This document shows, piece after piece, positions 18,897 to 27,875 of a DNA stretch of 64,000 bases. Both the position numbers and the translations under genes were made by a program. How positions within the stretch are numbered: position 1 is the first letter of the stretch; every line of letters begins with the position of its first letter. The notes below the pieces were generated by a model. That model was not told the DNA's origin. It made no database searches and saw nothing but the letters and a program-made list of their open reading frames with translations. Origin of the DNA: Bdellovibrionales bacterium (GTDB lineage Bacteria; Bdellovibrionota; Bdellovibrionia; Bdellovibrionales; UBA1609); NCBI GenBank assembly GCA_965203095.1, contig OZ241877.1, positions 96,001 through 160,000 of the forward strand, given 5' to 3'.

Positions 18897-19157
18897 TCGC
18901 CCGTGAAAAAGTCTCAAAAGCTTTTTAGCTCCCGTGAAAACGGGAATCCAAGAATCTCAATTGTTTCCACAAAAATTTATTGAAAAACCTTATTCCTTAG
19001 CTTGTTGTCCAAAGGCCATTCCATGAGGGTCCAAGGTATTGCCGTCCCGAAATGGAATGGTCCTTTGGACAAAAAAAGTTGAAAAGGCTAAAAAATGATT
19101 CTGTCAGCGAAATAATGAACATTTACAGGAATGACAGAGGTTTTTCACGGACGACTA
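18894..19157. mobile_element. MITE-like non-autonomous element (most complete copy of the dispersed repeat family)
   Basis: 17-bp terminal inverted repeats TAGTCGCCCGTGAAAAA / TTTTTCACGGACGACTA (1 mismatch); internal REP palindrome and core hairpin at 19005..19072; no ORF. Confidence 0.7.
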
Positions 19158-19167
19158 AATAATCCAT

Positions 19168-20949
19168 CTATTCATTTTTTTTGGAAAGGAGAAGATCCAA
19201 CTCCAACAAAGCTTTCTCAGGGATAGAGGAAGGGGCTTTAGACATCAGGCAGGATCCATTTGCCGATTTAGGAAAGGCCATGACATCTCTAATGCTTTTA
19301 GCTCCTGTCAAAAGCATGATCAGTCGCTCCACACCCAGGGCAATCCCACCATGTGGAGGAGGGCCATAGTTGAGGGCATGTAAAAAAAAGCCAAACTTCT
19401 CCTCTATATCTGTTGTGCTTAAGCCCAAGGCTAAAAATATCTTTTTCTGAAGTTCAGGATTAAAAATACGAAGACTTCCCCCCGCAAGCTCTTGCCCATT
19501 GCAAACCAAGTCATAAGATCTCACACGGATTTGGGAAAGTTTTTTTAGGGAAAGATCATTTAAAAGCTCTATATCCTCCTCTTTTGGCAAACTAAAAGGG
19601 TGATGGCGAGCACTCCATTTTTTTGTTTCCAGATCCTGTTCAAAATAAGGAAAATCCGTAATCCAAACAAATTTTGTAGAGCCGTTTTGTTTTTGCTCTT
19701 TTCCTATTTGATCCCTAAGCCCCGATAAAATGGTATTGACAACAGATCCCTCCCCACAACTGATAAAACAAAAGCCATCAGCTTTCCCTCCTGCCGATTC
19801 AAAAAGACTTTTGAGCTGAGCCATTTCCACCCATTTTTTTATAGGGGTTTTAAACTCTCCCCCCTTTTTTTGTATCCAAAGTAGCCCGCCTCCCATGGAT
19901 TTTGCTGTTTTCTGCAAATCCTCCCTCTGGCGGATAGAAAATTCCATCTGAGGAGCAAAAAGCCCCTTAGCCAAACCACCATTTTTTAATCCAGACAATA
20001 AAATTTTTAAGCCGGTTTTTTGAATAACAAAGTCCGGAATAATTTTTAACTCTAAAGGGTTCCGGAGATCAGGTTTATCTGTTCCAAAACGATCCATAGC
20101 CTCTTGAAAAGACATACGGGCAAAGCTTGAAATCTCCTCTTGTTTTATCTCTCTCCAAAGGGCCTTTATAGTGTCTTCTGTCAAGTTCTGAATATCCCTT
20201 TCGTCAACAAAACTCATTTCTAAATCCAACTGGCTAAACTCTGGCTGACGGTGGGAACGCAAATCTTCATCCCGAAAACAACGGGCAATTTGAAAATACT
20301 TTTCCCAACCGGCCATCATCAAAAACTGCTTTAAAATTTGTGGGCTTTGTGGGAGAGCATAAAAAAATCCTTTTTGATTTCTGGAAGGGACAAGATAATC
20401 CCTGGCACCTTCCGGTGTGCTTTTGTAAAGGATGGGGGTTTCAATTTCAACAAAAGCCCTGCGGGAAAGCTCTTGCCGAATGATCTCAAGGGCCTTATGG
20501 CGAATTTTTAAATTGTGTTTTAAATCCTCTCGCCTTCTCATATCTAAATAGCGATATTGGAGGGCCAGGGCCTCATTCACTTTGTCCCCCTCACGAAAGG
20601 GAGGAGTTTTAGATGAGGAGAGCAGGTGAGCCTCTTCAGGAATTAACTCCATCTCTCCGGTGGATATTTTTTTGTTTTGTTTATCTTCTGGCCTTTTTTT
20701 GACCTGCCCTTTAACAGACAAAACAGAACCATAGTGAATCTGCTGGACAAACTGCCACTTTTGAGCTTGAGTGTCAAAAGTGACTTGAACCCGCCCACTC
20801 TCATCCTCCATATCAATAAACAAAAGCTGACCATGATCTCTAATCCCTTTGACCCAGGCATTCAGAATGACTGTCTGCCCCTCTAAGCGAGGGCTGATCT
20901 CTCCACAAGTATGAGTGCGTTTTTTTGTTTTATCCCAAAAAGATGGCAT
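19168..20949 (-). CDS. aspS: aspartate--tRNA ligase
   Basis: RTHTCG, STPEGARDYLVPSR, LPQSPQ, RCFRDED.R..RQPEF, GPPPHGGIALG motifs. Confidence 0.97.
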   Translation of the reverse strand: MPSFWDKTKKRTHTCGEISPRLEGQTVILNAWVKGIRDHGQLLFIDMEDESGRVQVTFDTQAQKWQFVQQIHYGSVLSVKGQVKKRPEDKQNKKISTGEMELIPEEAHLLSSSKTPPFREGDKVNEALALQYRYLDMRRREDLKHNLKIRHKALEIIRQELSRRAFVEIETPILYKSTPEGARDYLVPSRNQKGFFYALPQSPQILKQFLMMAGWEKYFQIARCFRDEDLRSHRQPEFSQLDLEMSFVDERDIQNLTEDTIKALWREIKQEEISSFARMSFQEAMDRFGTDKPDLRNPLELKIIPDFVIQKTGLKILLSGLKNGGLAKGLFAPQMEFSIRQREDLQKTAKSMGGGLLWIQKKGGEFKTPIKKWVEMAQLKSLFESAGGKADGFCFISCGEGSVVNTILSGLRDQIGKEQKQNGSTKFVWITDFPYFEQDLETKKWSARHHPFSLPKEEDIELLNDLSLKKLSQIRVRSYDLVCNGQELAGGSLRIFNPELQKKIFLALGLSTTDIEEKFGFFLHALNYGPPPHGGIALGVERLIMLLTGAKSIRDVMAFPKSANGSCLMSKAPSSIPEKALLELDLLLSKKNE

Positions 20950-21060
20950 AGCCTGAAAAGTTTAACTTAAATAAAGACCCTTTATCAAGCAGAATCAAAC
21001 AACAGGGCTTTGTTCTATTTTTTTAAAGTGATACTATAAAAATCACTAAGAGTTTTTATA

Positions 21061-21540
21061 ATGAAATTACAAAAAAATTCTGGCTTTTGGCTTTCACCTA
21101 TAGGCTTTTTAAAAATTGAGCTTAAGGGCCGGAGGCTTTATTCCATATCTTTGGCAAAGGGGGGCCAGGGGAAGTTTCTAAAAAAATCATCCCCTGCTTT
21201 AAGGCAAATAATTCAACAGTTAGAAAAATATTTTGAGGGGGAGTTAAAGAGTTTTGACATCCCTTTATTTGAAAGAGGGACAGATTTTCAAAAAAAAGTA
21301 TGGCAGGCTATCAGAAAAATCCCTTGGGGGGAGACCAAAACCTACCGACAGTTGGCTCTCCAAATAAAAATTCCGGGTGGGGCCAGGGCTGTAGGCAATG
21401 CCTGTGCTAAAAACCCCTTCCTGATTGTCACCCCCTGCCACAGGGTCCTGTCTCAAAAAGCTTATGGAGGATTTGCCTTAGGTTTAAAAGTCAAAAAACA
21501 GCTCTTATTTTTAGAGCAAAATAAAGGCTGTGGGAGATAG
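21061..21540 (+). CDS. ogt: methylated-DNA--protein-cysteine methyltransferase
   Basis: GTDFQKKVW, IPWGET.TY, RAVGNA...NP, PCHRV active site. Confidence 0.92.
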   Translation: MKLQKNSGFWLSPIGFLKIELKGRRLYSISLAKGGQGKFLKKSSPALRQIIQQLEKYFEGELKSFDIPLFERGTDFQKKVWQAIRKIPWGETKTYRQLALQIKIPGGARAVGNACAKNPFLIVTPCHRVLSQKAYGGFALGLKVKKQLLFLEQNKGCGR

Positions 21541-21654
21541 TGCCCGTTTAATCAATAAACCGAACTTTAAAACCAAAGTTTTTGCTTGAATCGCGATTTT
21601 GACACAGGACAGCAAAGCCCTACTAAAAAATCTTAAACACCAATGAATCTAAAA

Positions 21655-21791
21655 TAGTCCCCCATGAACAAAGTATCCTCTTAACTTTTTTTGTCCAAAG
21701 GCCGTTCCATAAGGGTCCAAGGTATTGCCGTCCCGAAATGGGATGGCCTTTGGACAAAAGAGGCTAAAACCAAGTTTTTCACAGGCGACTA
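21655..21791. mobile_element. MITE-like repeat copy with core hairpin 21689..21759
   Basis: TAGTCCCCCATGAA ... TTTTTCACAGGCGACTA ends; core AAGGGTCCAAGGTATTGCCGTCCCGAA. Confidence 0.65.
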
Positions 21792-21806
21792 AACTATATC
21801 AAAAAA

Positions 21807-21893
21807 TGGTGCCCCGGGAGAGACTCGAACTCCCATGAAGTTGCCCTCACTGGATTTTGAGTCCAGCGCGTCTACCAATTCCGCCACCGGGGC
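21807..21893 (-). tRNA. tRNA-Leu (CAA)
   Basis: GCCCCGGTGGCGGAATTGGTAGACGCGCTGGACT-CAA-AATCCAG, long variable arm, GTTCGAGTC, encoded CCA. Confidence 0.96.
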
Positions 21894-21922
21894 CATATCC
21901 CCTATTTCTAAAAAAACTATAA

Positions 21923-22011
21923 TGGTGCGCCTGAAGCGACTTGAACGCTTACACCCACAAAAGGGCACTAGGCCCTCAACCTAGCCTGTCTACCTATTCC
22001 AGCACAGGCGC
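21923..22011 (-). tRNA. tRNA-Leu (GAG)
   Basis: GCGCCTGTGCTGGAATAGGTAGACAGGCTAGGTT-GAG-GGCCTAG, long variable arm, GTTCAAGTC, CCA. Confidence 0.95.
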
Positions 22012-22208
22012 TAACCCTGAAAAACAAACCATGAACCTCAAGCATAAAAAATCCTGATTTAAAAATTTTGTTATTTTTTCTTTGTTTTAAACCCCTTTAT
22101 GTTTTATAGGTATTCATTGCACAGGAGGCAAAAAGCTTTTGCCCTCTGCCTGAATTAACCAGCTTAAAGTGCTATTTAAATATATAATGTTTAAAAAAGA
22201 GGCTCAAC

Positions 22209-22604
22209 TTGTTTTTAAAAAATAATTTTTTGTTAAGGCTTTTTCTCTTTTTTGCACTGTTTCAAAGCCCACTCTCTATAGCCAATCCAGAAGGACAAGC
22301 TCCTCCTTTAGCCCCCTCTGGCCCCAATACCTTAGAAAAGTTTTTCCCCTTCATTATCATTGGCCTTTTATTTTATATTCTGCTCATTCTCCCTCAACAA
22401 AAAAGGCGGAAACGGCACGAGGATTTTTTATCAAAAATTAAACGAGGGGATAAGGTTTTAACTGCCAGTGGGATTTATGGGCAAATTGAGGGCCTTACTG
22501 ATCGCTTTGTCATATTGGAGGTGGACAAAAATGTCCGTATAAGAATTGTCAAATCCCAAATTGCCTCTTTGACCGATGATTCCGACAGTGCAAAGAAAAA
22601 ATGA
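22209..22604 (+). CDS. yajC: preprotein translocase subunit YajC
   Basis: PQQKRRK.H, GDKVLTASGIYG; upstream of secDF. Confidence 0.93.
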   Translation: MFLKNNFLLRLFLFFALFQSPLSIANPEGQAPPLAPSGPNTLEKFFPFIIIGLLFYILLILPQQKRRKRHEDFLSKIKRGDKVLTASGIYGQIEGLTDRFVILEVDKNVRIRIVKSQIASLTDDSDSAKKK

Positions 22605-24298
22605 TTGAAAGTTTAAAAGCTCGTTTTATTATCCTTTTGGCCGGCCTTTTACTGGCCCTAATCTGCTTTGCCCCCAATATTATTTCTATTGAAAAATATC
22701 CTTGGTGGCCTTCTAAAAACAAATTGGTTTATGGCTTAGACATTCAAGGGGGCCTGCACCTGACCTTATCCGCTGATGTGGATGAAATTATTGAAGAGAG
22801 GCTGAGCCGGCAAGGTTCTGAAATTCAAAAAAAACTGAAGAAGGAAGACATCTCAGCCCCATTCACAACCGCTCAGGAGGGAGAGGCTTTTTATCTGCTT
22901 TTTCAACTCAAAAGCTCTGCGGATAGGAAAAAGGCTGAAGAGTGGATACAAAAATCCGATTTTGCCGGGAATTTACAAATTTTACCAACTAAGAAAAAGC
23001 AACTCAAACTGGCTTATTTCAGCTCTCAAGTGAAGAGGCTTAAAGAGCAAGTGATAGCACAATCTATTGAAGTTATCCGCAATCGGATTGACGAGTTTGG
23101 CGTCACAGAACCTATGATCAGTGCCCAAGGTAGTGACCGCATATTGGTCCAACTGCCAGGGATAAAAGACTCTAAAAAAGCCAAAGACCTTATCCAAAGG
23201 ACGGCCCGGCTGGAGCTATCTATTGTGAATGAGGAATTCCCACCGGAAAAGCTTTTTCCCTTAATTGAACAGGCGGAAAAAGCAGGGGGCTACTCCTTGG
23301 AAGAGGGAGGCTTAAGTTATAGGGGCTATATTAAAAAAATCAATAAGGACTTGAAAGGGCAACTTCCGGAAAACTCCTGGATTGTTTTTGAAAAAGCTCC
23401 CGGAGCCACTTCGGTTCAGGCGGGCAAAATCCCTTATCTTATCGATAGGCTCCAAAGTGTTCCAGGGGATCTGTTAGAAGACGCCTCTGTGGCTTTTGAT
23501 CCGGACTTCAATAAGCCTTTGGTCTCCTTCAAATTCCAACCAGAGGGCCGGAAGTTGTTTTCTGACTTGACCGCCCGTTCAATAGGCAAAAGGCTCGCGG
23601 TGATTTTAGACAATGTTTTAAAATCCGCCCCTGTAGTGGAATCCCGGATATCGGACGAGGGCCAAATTTCCCTTGGGGCCGGAAATTACGAAGATCTTTT
23701 AGAAGAGGCTAACCGCATTGCCACCACCTTAAGAACAGGGGCTTTACCTGCCAGCCTTCAGGAATTGGAAGAAAAAACAGTAGGCCCCAGCCTGGGAAAA
23801 GATTCCATTGACAGAGGGAAAAAAGCGGGATGGATCAGTCTGCTCTTAGTGGTTGTTTTTATGTTGCTCTACTACCGGAAGTTGGGCCTGATAGCCAATA
23901 TATCTTTAGCGGCCAACATGTTTTTTTTGCTGTCCTTAATGTCTTCCCTTTCCGCCACATTGACTTTGCCCGGTGTGGCCGGCATCATCCTCACTATCGG
24001 AATGGCAGTGGATGCCAATGTGATCATTTTTGAAAGAATTAAAGAAGAGCTGAGAAAGGGGGCCAGCTTAAAACTATCTGTTCGAGATGGCTTTGGCCAG
24101 GCCTTTTCCGCTATCTTAGACGCGAACATTACAACGGCCATTGTCTGTTTTGTTTTAATTTACTTCAGCTCCGGGCCGGTCAGAGGTTTTGCGGTCACTT
24201 TGTTTTGCGGGATACTCAGTTCGCTTTGGACAGCCGTCTTTTTGTCCCGAACTTTAATGGACTTTTTAATCCTCTATGGGGGCTGGAAAAAGCTTTGA
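22601..24298 (+). CDS. secD: protein translocase subunit SecD
   Basis: GLDIQGG, RIDEFGVTEP, VGPSLG, GMAVDANVIIFERIKEE. Confidence 0.97.
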   Translation: MIESLKARFIILLAGLLLALICFAPNIISIEKYPWWPSKNKLVYGLDIQGGLHLTLSADVDEIIEERLSRQGSEIQKKLKKEDISAPFTTAQEGEAFYLLFQLKSSADRKKAEEWIQKSDFAGNLQILPTKKKQLKLAYFSSQVKRLKEQVIAQSIEVIRNRIDEFGVTEPMISAQGSDRILVQLPGIKDSKKAKDLIQRTARLELSIVNEEFPPEKLFPLIEQAEKAGGYSLEEGGLSYRGYIKKINKDLKGQLPENSWIVFEKAPGATSVQAGKIPYLIDRLQSVPGDLLEDASVAFDPDFNKPLVSFKFQPEGRKLFSDLTARSIGKRLAVILDNVLKSAPVVESRISDEGQISLGAGNYEDLLEEANRIATTLRTGALPASLQELEEKTVGPSLGKDSIDRGKKAGWISLLLVVVFMLLYYRKLGLIANISLAANMFFLLSLMSSLSATLTLPGVAGIILTIGMAVDANVIIFERIKEELRKGASLKLSVRDGFGQAFSAILDANITTAIVCFVLIYFSSGPVRGFAVTLFCGILSSLWTAVFLSRTLMDFLILYGGWKKL

Positions 24299-24307
24299 GA
24301 GTAGAAA

Positions 24308-25240
24308 ATGAAAAAACCAATACTTAAAAAAATACAAATCAATTTCCTGGGGCCGGCTAAGTTTCTCACTCCTCTTTCCGGGGCTCTGTCTTTTGTGTCT
24401 CTTATCACTATAATCATTTTAGGCTTTTCTTATGGGATCGATTTTTCTGGAGGAAATGAAATTCAAGTCCGTTTCCAACAGGCTGTGACCGCTAAACAAA
24501 TTCGAAAAGCCTTAAGCCAAGCTGACATCAAAAAACCTATAGTCCAAAAGTTTGGGTCGGAGGAGGAGTTTCTCATTCGTTTAGAAGTGTCTGAAAATGA
24601 ACGCGAAAATAGTGAGAAACTCAAACTTTTGAGCCATAAGTTGAAAAATATTTTTAAAAATCAAGGTCTTGAGATCCGCAGGACCGATTCCGTAGGCCCA
24701 CAAATTGGAAAAGAGCTGAGGCGAAACGGGATCTTGGCCCTCATCTACAGCCTCTTAATGATATTGATTTACCTTGGACTCCGCTTTGACTCAAAATACG
24801 CCCCCTCAGCTGTGTTTTGCCTGTTTCATGATGCAATGATAACTATGAGTCTTTTTTCTGTTTTCAGATGGGAAGTGAATACCCAAACTTTGGCGGCCAT
24901 TTTAGCTATTGTGGGCTACTCCTTAAACGACACTATTGTCACTTTTGATCGGATTCGTGAAAACCATCAAATTTTAGAAGGCAAAAAATCTTTTTTTGAT
25001 ATATGCAATCAATCTTTAAATGAGGTCTTGTCCCGGACCCTTCTGACCTCTGTCACCACTTTGTTAGCTCTCTCCACTATGTATATTTTTACTTCTGGAG
25101 TCATTAAGGATTTTGCCTTCACCTTAGGCTTAGGTGTTTTGATTGGCACTTATTCCTCTGTTTATATTGCCACTCCTCTTCTTTTGTGGATGAACCAGCT
25201 CCCACTTTTTAAAAAGAAAAGCCCTGCAAAAAAAAGATAA
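24308..25240 (+). CDS. secF: protein translocase subunit SecF
   Basis: GIDFSGG, VGPQIGKEL, GYSLNDTIV.FDRIRE. Confidence 0.97.
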   Translation: MKKPILKKIQINFLGPAKFLTPLSGALSFVSLITIIILGFSYGIDFSGGNEIQVRFQQAVTAKQIRKALSQADIKKPIVQKFGSEEEFLIRLEVSENERENSEKLKLLSHKLKNIFKNQGLEIRRTDSVGPQIGKELRRNGILALIYSLLMILIYLGLRFDSKYAPSAVFCLFHDAMITMSLFSVFRWEVNTQTLAAILAIVGYSLNDTIVTFDRIRENHQILEGKKSFFDICNQSLNEVLSRTLLTSVTTLLALSTMYIFTSGVIKDFAFTLGLGVLIGTYSSVYIATPLLLWMNQLPLFKKKSPAKKR

Positions 25241-25241
25241 A

Positions 25242-25368
25242 TAATCGCCCGTGAAAAACTCTGCCCTTTATCGCATAAGCAAAAGCCAGCGGTGAGGGTC
25301 CAAGGTATTGCCGTCCCGAACAAGCTGGACTTTTGCTTATGCGATCTATCAAATGTAGGCTTTTTCAC
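25242..25368. repeat. MITE-like repeat copy with type-B core hairpin 25270..25345
   Basis: TAATCGCCCGTGAAAAA left end; ATCGCATAAGCAAAAG...core...CTTTTGCTTATGCGAT. Confidence 0.75.
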
Positions 25369-25379
25369 AAAGAATGAAA

Positions 25380-25970
25380 TTATGTTTTTTTTAATTTTTC
25401 GGAAAGGATTTTCCGGAACTCTGCCCATGCTGAAGGAAAGGAGTCATTTATGATTTTATAATCATATTTCCGGCCCTGGGCCATCTCCAAAGCGGAGTTG
25501 GCCAACCGTTTTTTCATCTGCTCTTTAGTATTGGAACCTCTTTTTAAAATTCTTTTCTCCAATTCATTAAGAGAGGGAGGATAAATAAAAATACTCACAC
25601 TGTGAGGGAAAATTTTTTTAATAGCCAAGCCCCCCTGAACATCCACATCTTTAATAACAACCTGCCCTTTTTGCCACAATCTCTCCACCTCTTTTTTAGA
25701 AGTGGCGTAAAGCTCCCCATGCACTTCAGCCCACTCTAAAAACTCCCCTTGATCCCGCCGGCAATAAAAATCCTTTTTAGTAGTGAAGTGATAAAATTCT
25801 CCCTCCTTTTCCCCTTTGCGAGGGAGGCGTGTGGTCCAACTGACTGTGCTGGAAAGCCAAGAAAACTCCTTTAAGCTTTTTCTTAAGAATAAAGTTTTCC
25901 CCACACCGCTGGGGCCGGACAGTATCACAAAAAGACCTTGGGAACTTATAGTTTCACCCAATGTTTTCAA
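25380..25970 (-). CDS. gmk: guanylate kinase
   Basis: SGPSGVGK, TTRLPR.GE, FLEWAEVHG..Y, DVDVQG. Confidence 0.95.
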   Translation of the reverse strand: MKTLGETISSQGLFVILSGPSGVGKTLFLRKSLKEFSWLSSTVSWTTRLPRKGEKEGEFYHFTTKKDFYCRRDQGEFLEWAEVHGELYATSKKEVERLWQKGQVVIKDVDVQGGLAIKKIFPHSVSIFIYPPSLNELEKRILKRGSNTKEQMKKRLANSALEMAQGRKYDYKIINDSFPSAWAEFRKILSEKLKKT

Positions 25971-26011
25971 CCTTTTGACTTTTTAATTTAAGAAAAAAAT
26001 AACTCATGATT

Positions 26012-26863
26012 TTACTCAATGTTTTGAGCTTGCTCTTTAATTTTTTCCAAAACAAACTTCCCTTCAACCACTTTAAGGGTCAGATTAGATAATTGAGATT
26101 TAGAACCCATAGTGTTCATCTCCCTTAAAATTTCCTGAATATAAAAATCCATTTTCCGGCCTATAGGTAAAGGACTGCTCATTATTTTTTTAAAATGAGC
26201 CAAGTGCTCCTTTATACGAATCAACTCTTCGTGAATGTCAAACTTTTCCAACTCCAAAGCCAGATTTTTTGAGAGGGCCTCCTCAGTTTGCCGGCTTTTT
26301 TTTCGCATATACTTGGCTATTTGCTTTTTATTTAATTGCTGAATGCCCTCACAAAGAGATTTAAGCTCCTTTAAACGGGAAAATATGTCTTTTTTTAAAG
26401 CTGAGCCTTCCCTTTTCCTCTCCTGAAGACAGAGGCGAAAGGCTTTTTGAAAGCTCTCTTTAGCCTTTTTCTTCTCCCATTCAGTTAAGGTTTGAGCTTT
26501 TTCCACAAGTTGAATAACCCCCTCTTGAGGAATCAGATCCCTGAGGGTCAAATCATTTTTAAAATTCATCTCTTTAGACATTTGATTGTAAAGGCTCTTC
26601 CATTTTTTAGCCTGAATTTGACTATAACGAGGAGAAATATCTGGCAGAGGTTTTGGGGGGAAGCGATCCATTCGGACCACAAAATAACCCCGCTGGCATT
26701 GTTGGGAAATAATTTTCTTCAACTCCGGCTCTAAAGCCATATAATGCAAAGCTGTGTAAAACTTAACCTCTAAAAACCGGGAGTTGACGGATTTGACACT
26801 GACTTCTAATTCCCAGTCTTTATTGTTTGCTGTCACAGTTCCAAAACCTGTCATACTTTGCAT
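26012..26863 (-). CDS. yicC: YicC/YloC family endoribonuclease
   Basis: SMTGFG, KSVNSRFLE, GRKMDF..QE..RE.NT.GSK, KIKEQAQNIE. Confidence 0.92.
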   Translation of the reverse strand: MQSMTGFGTVTANNKDWELEVSVKSVNSRFLEVKFYTALHYMALEPELKKIISQQCQRGYFVVRMDRFPPKPLPDISPRYSQIQAKKWKSLYNQMSKEMNFKNDLTLRDLIPQEGVIQLVEKAQTLTEWEKKKAKESFQKAFRLCLQERKREGSALKKDIFSRLKELKSLCEGIQQLNKKQIAKYMRKKSRQTEEALSKNLALELEKFDIHEELIRIKEHLAHFKKIMSSPLPIGRKMDFYIQEILREMNTMGSKSQLSNLTLKVVEGKFVLEKIKEQAQNIE

Positions 26864-26876
26864 ATTTTACAATTTA

Positions 26877-27875
26877 TCATTTAAAAAATTTTTTGTAAAG
26901 CTCTAAAGCGGGCTGGTCCCCATCTAACCATAAAATGCTCTTATCCCTTTTAAACCAAGTTTCTTGTTTTTTAAATAAGGCCATAACACTAAATACGATC
27001 TCTTTTAAGAGATCTTCTTTTTTGATTTTCCCCTCTAAATAAAGTAGGCCCTCTTTATAACCCACACTGTGCAATGGGGGCCAGTTTTGAAAGCCTCGGT
27101 TTCTCAAAGACTCAATTTCCTCTATCAAGCCCCTTTTGAGCATGGTTTTTGCTCTTTTTTCTACCCTCTGGAGGACCTGCTCCTTCCTGCTCCGGAAAGC
27201 CACTTTAAAATAAGGCCAATCTAACTTCTGCCCTTGAAACTCCTTTTTGATTTGAGAAAGAGCCTTCCCCTCGCTTTCTATCAAGCTTAAAGCTCGAAAA
27301 ATTCTGTATTTGTCTTTAGGGCTTATTTTTTTAGCACTCTCTGGATCTTTTTTTATCAATTTTTTATAGAGATAGCCATAGCCTTTTTCACTTTGGATTT
27401 CTTTTAATTTTTGAGTCACGGTTTTTGGAACAGGGCGAAGGGGATACATACCCTTTTCTAAAGCCTGAATGTAAAAGCCACTCCCTCCAACAGCAAACAT
27501 TCTTTTAAAGGGTAATTCTTTTTTTAAAATTTTAAGAGCACGCCTTCTAAACTCTCCAGCAGTCCATATTTGAGGAGCTTTTATCTCATCAAAAAGATAA
27601 AAATTTATTGAAGGGTATTTTTTAAAATCCGGCTTGGCTGAGCCAATGTTTAAGTCCTCATAACCTTGAATGCTATCGCAATTTAAAATGCCAGCCGAAA
27701 CTTGGCCGGCCCACTGGATGGCCTTTTCGGTTTTTCCTGTGGCTGTGGGACCAACAACAAAAATGAGAGGGGCCGATTTAAGTGATTCGGCCAAAATCCC
27801 TCTCCAAACGAGATAAAGAATACTGGACAAAAACAGGACGGCCATGCGGGCAAAAACTGGATAAGGGAAAATCAT
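26877..27875 (-). CDS. miaA: tRNA dimethylallyltransferase (true start likely downstream of the ORF start)
   Basis: VGPTATGKT, DSIQ.Y, IGSAKP, VGGSGFY, VGYKE, KKQ.TWF; follows mutL. Confidence 0.93.
   Translation of the reverse strand: MIFPYPVFARMAVLFLSSILYLVWRGILAESLKSAPLIFVVGPTATGKTEKAIQWAGQVSAGILNCDSIQGYEDLNIGSAKPDFKKYPSINFYLFDEIKAPQIWTAGEFRRRALKILKKELPFKRMFAVGGSGFYIQALEKGMYPLRPVPKTVTQKLKEIQSEKGYGYLYKKLIKKDPESAKKISPKDKYRIFRALSLIESEGKALSQIKKEFQGQKLDWPYFKVAFRSRKEQVLQRVEKRAKTMLKRGLIEEIESLRNRGFQNWPPLHSVGYKEGLLYLEGKIKKEDLLKEIVFSVMALFKKQETWFKRDKSILWLDGDQPALELYKKFFK

Noticed and set aside
19025..19051. Known self-cleaving ribozyme (hammerhead) in the repeat core
   Set aside because: No CUGANGA/GAAA core arrangement found by eye on either strand; left as an unclassified motif pending a covariance search.
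25162..25428. Small ORFs sharing FGTAIPWTLTAGFCLCDK-like peptides (also 31553..31756, 59880..60101, 59941..60162)
   Set aside because: The similarity comes from the dispersed DNA repeat read in different frames and strands; no consistent start or stop.
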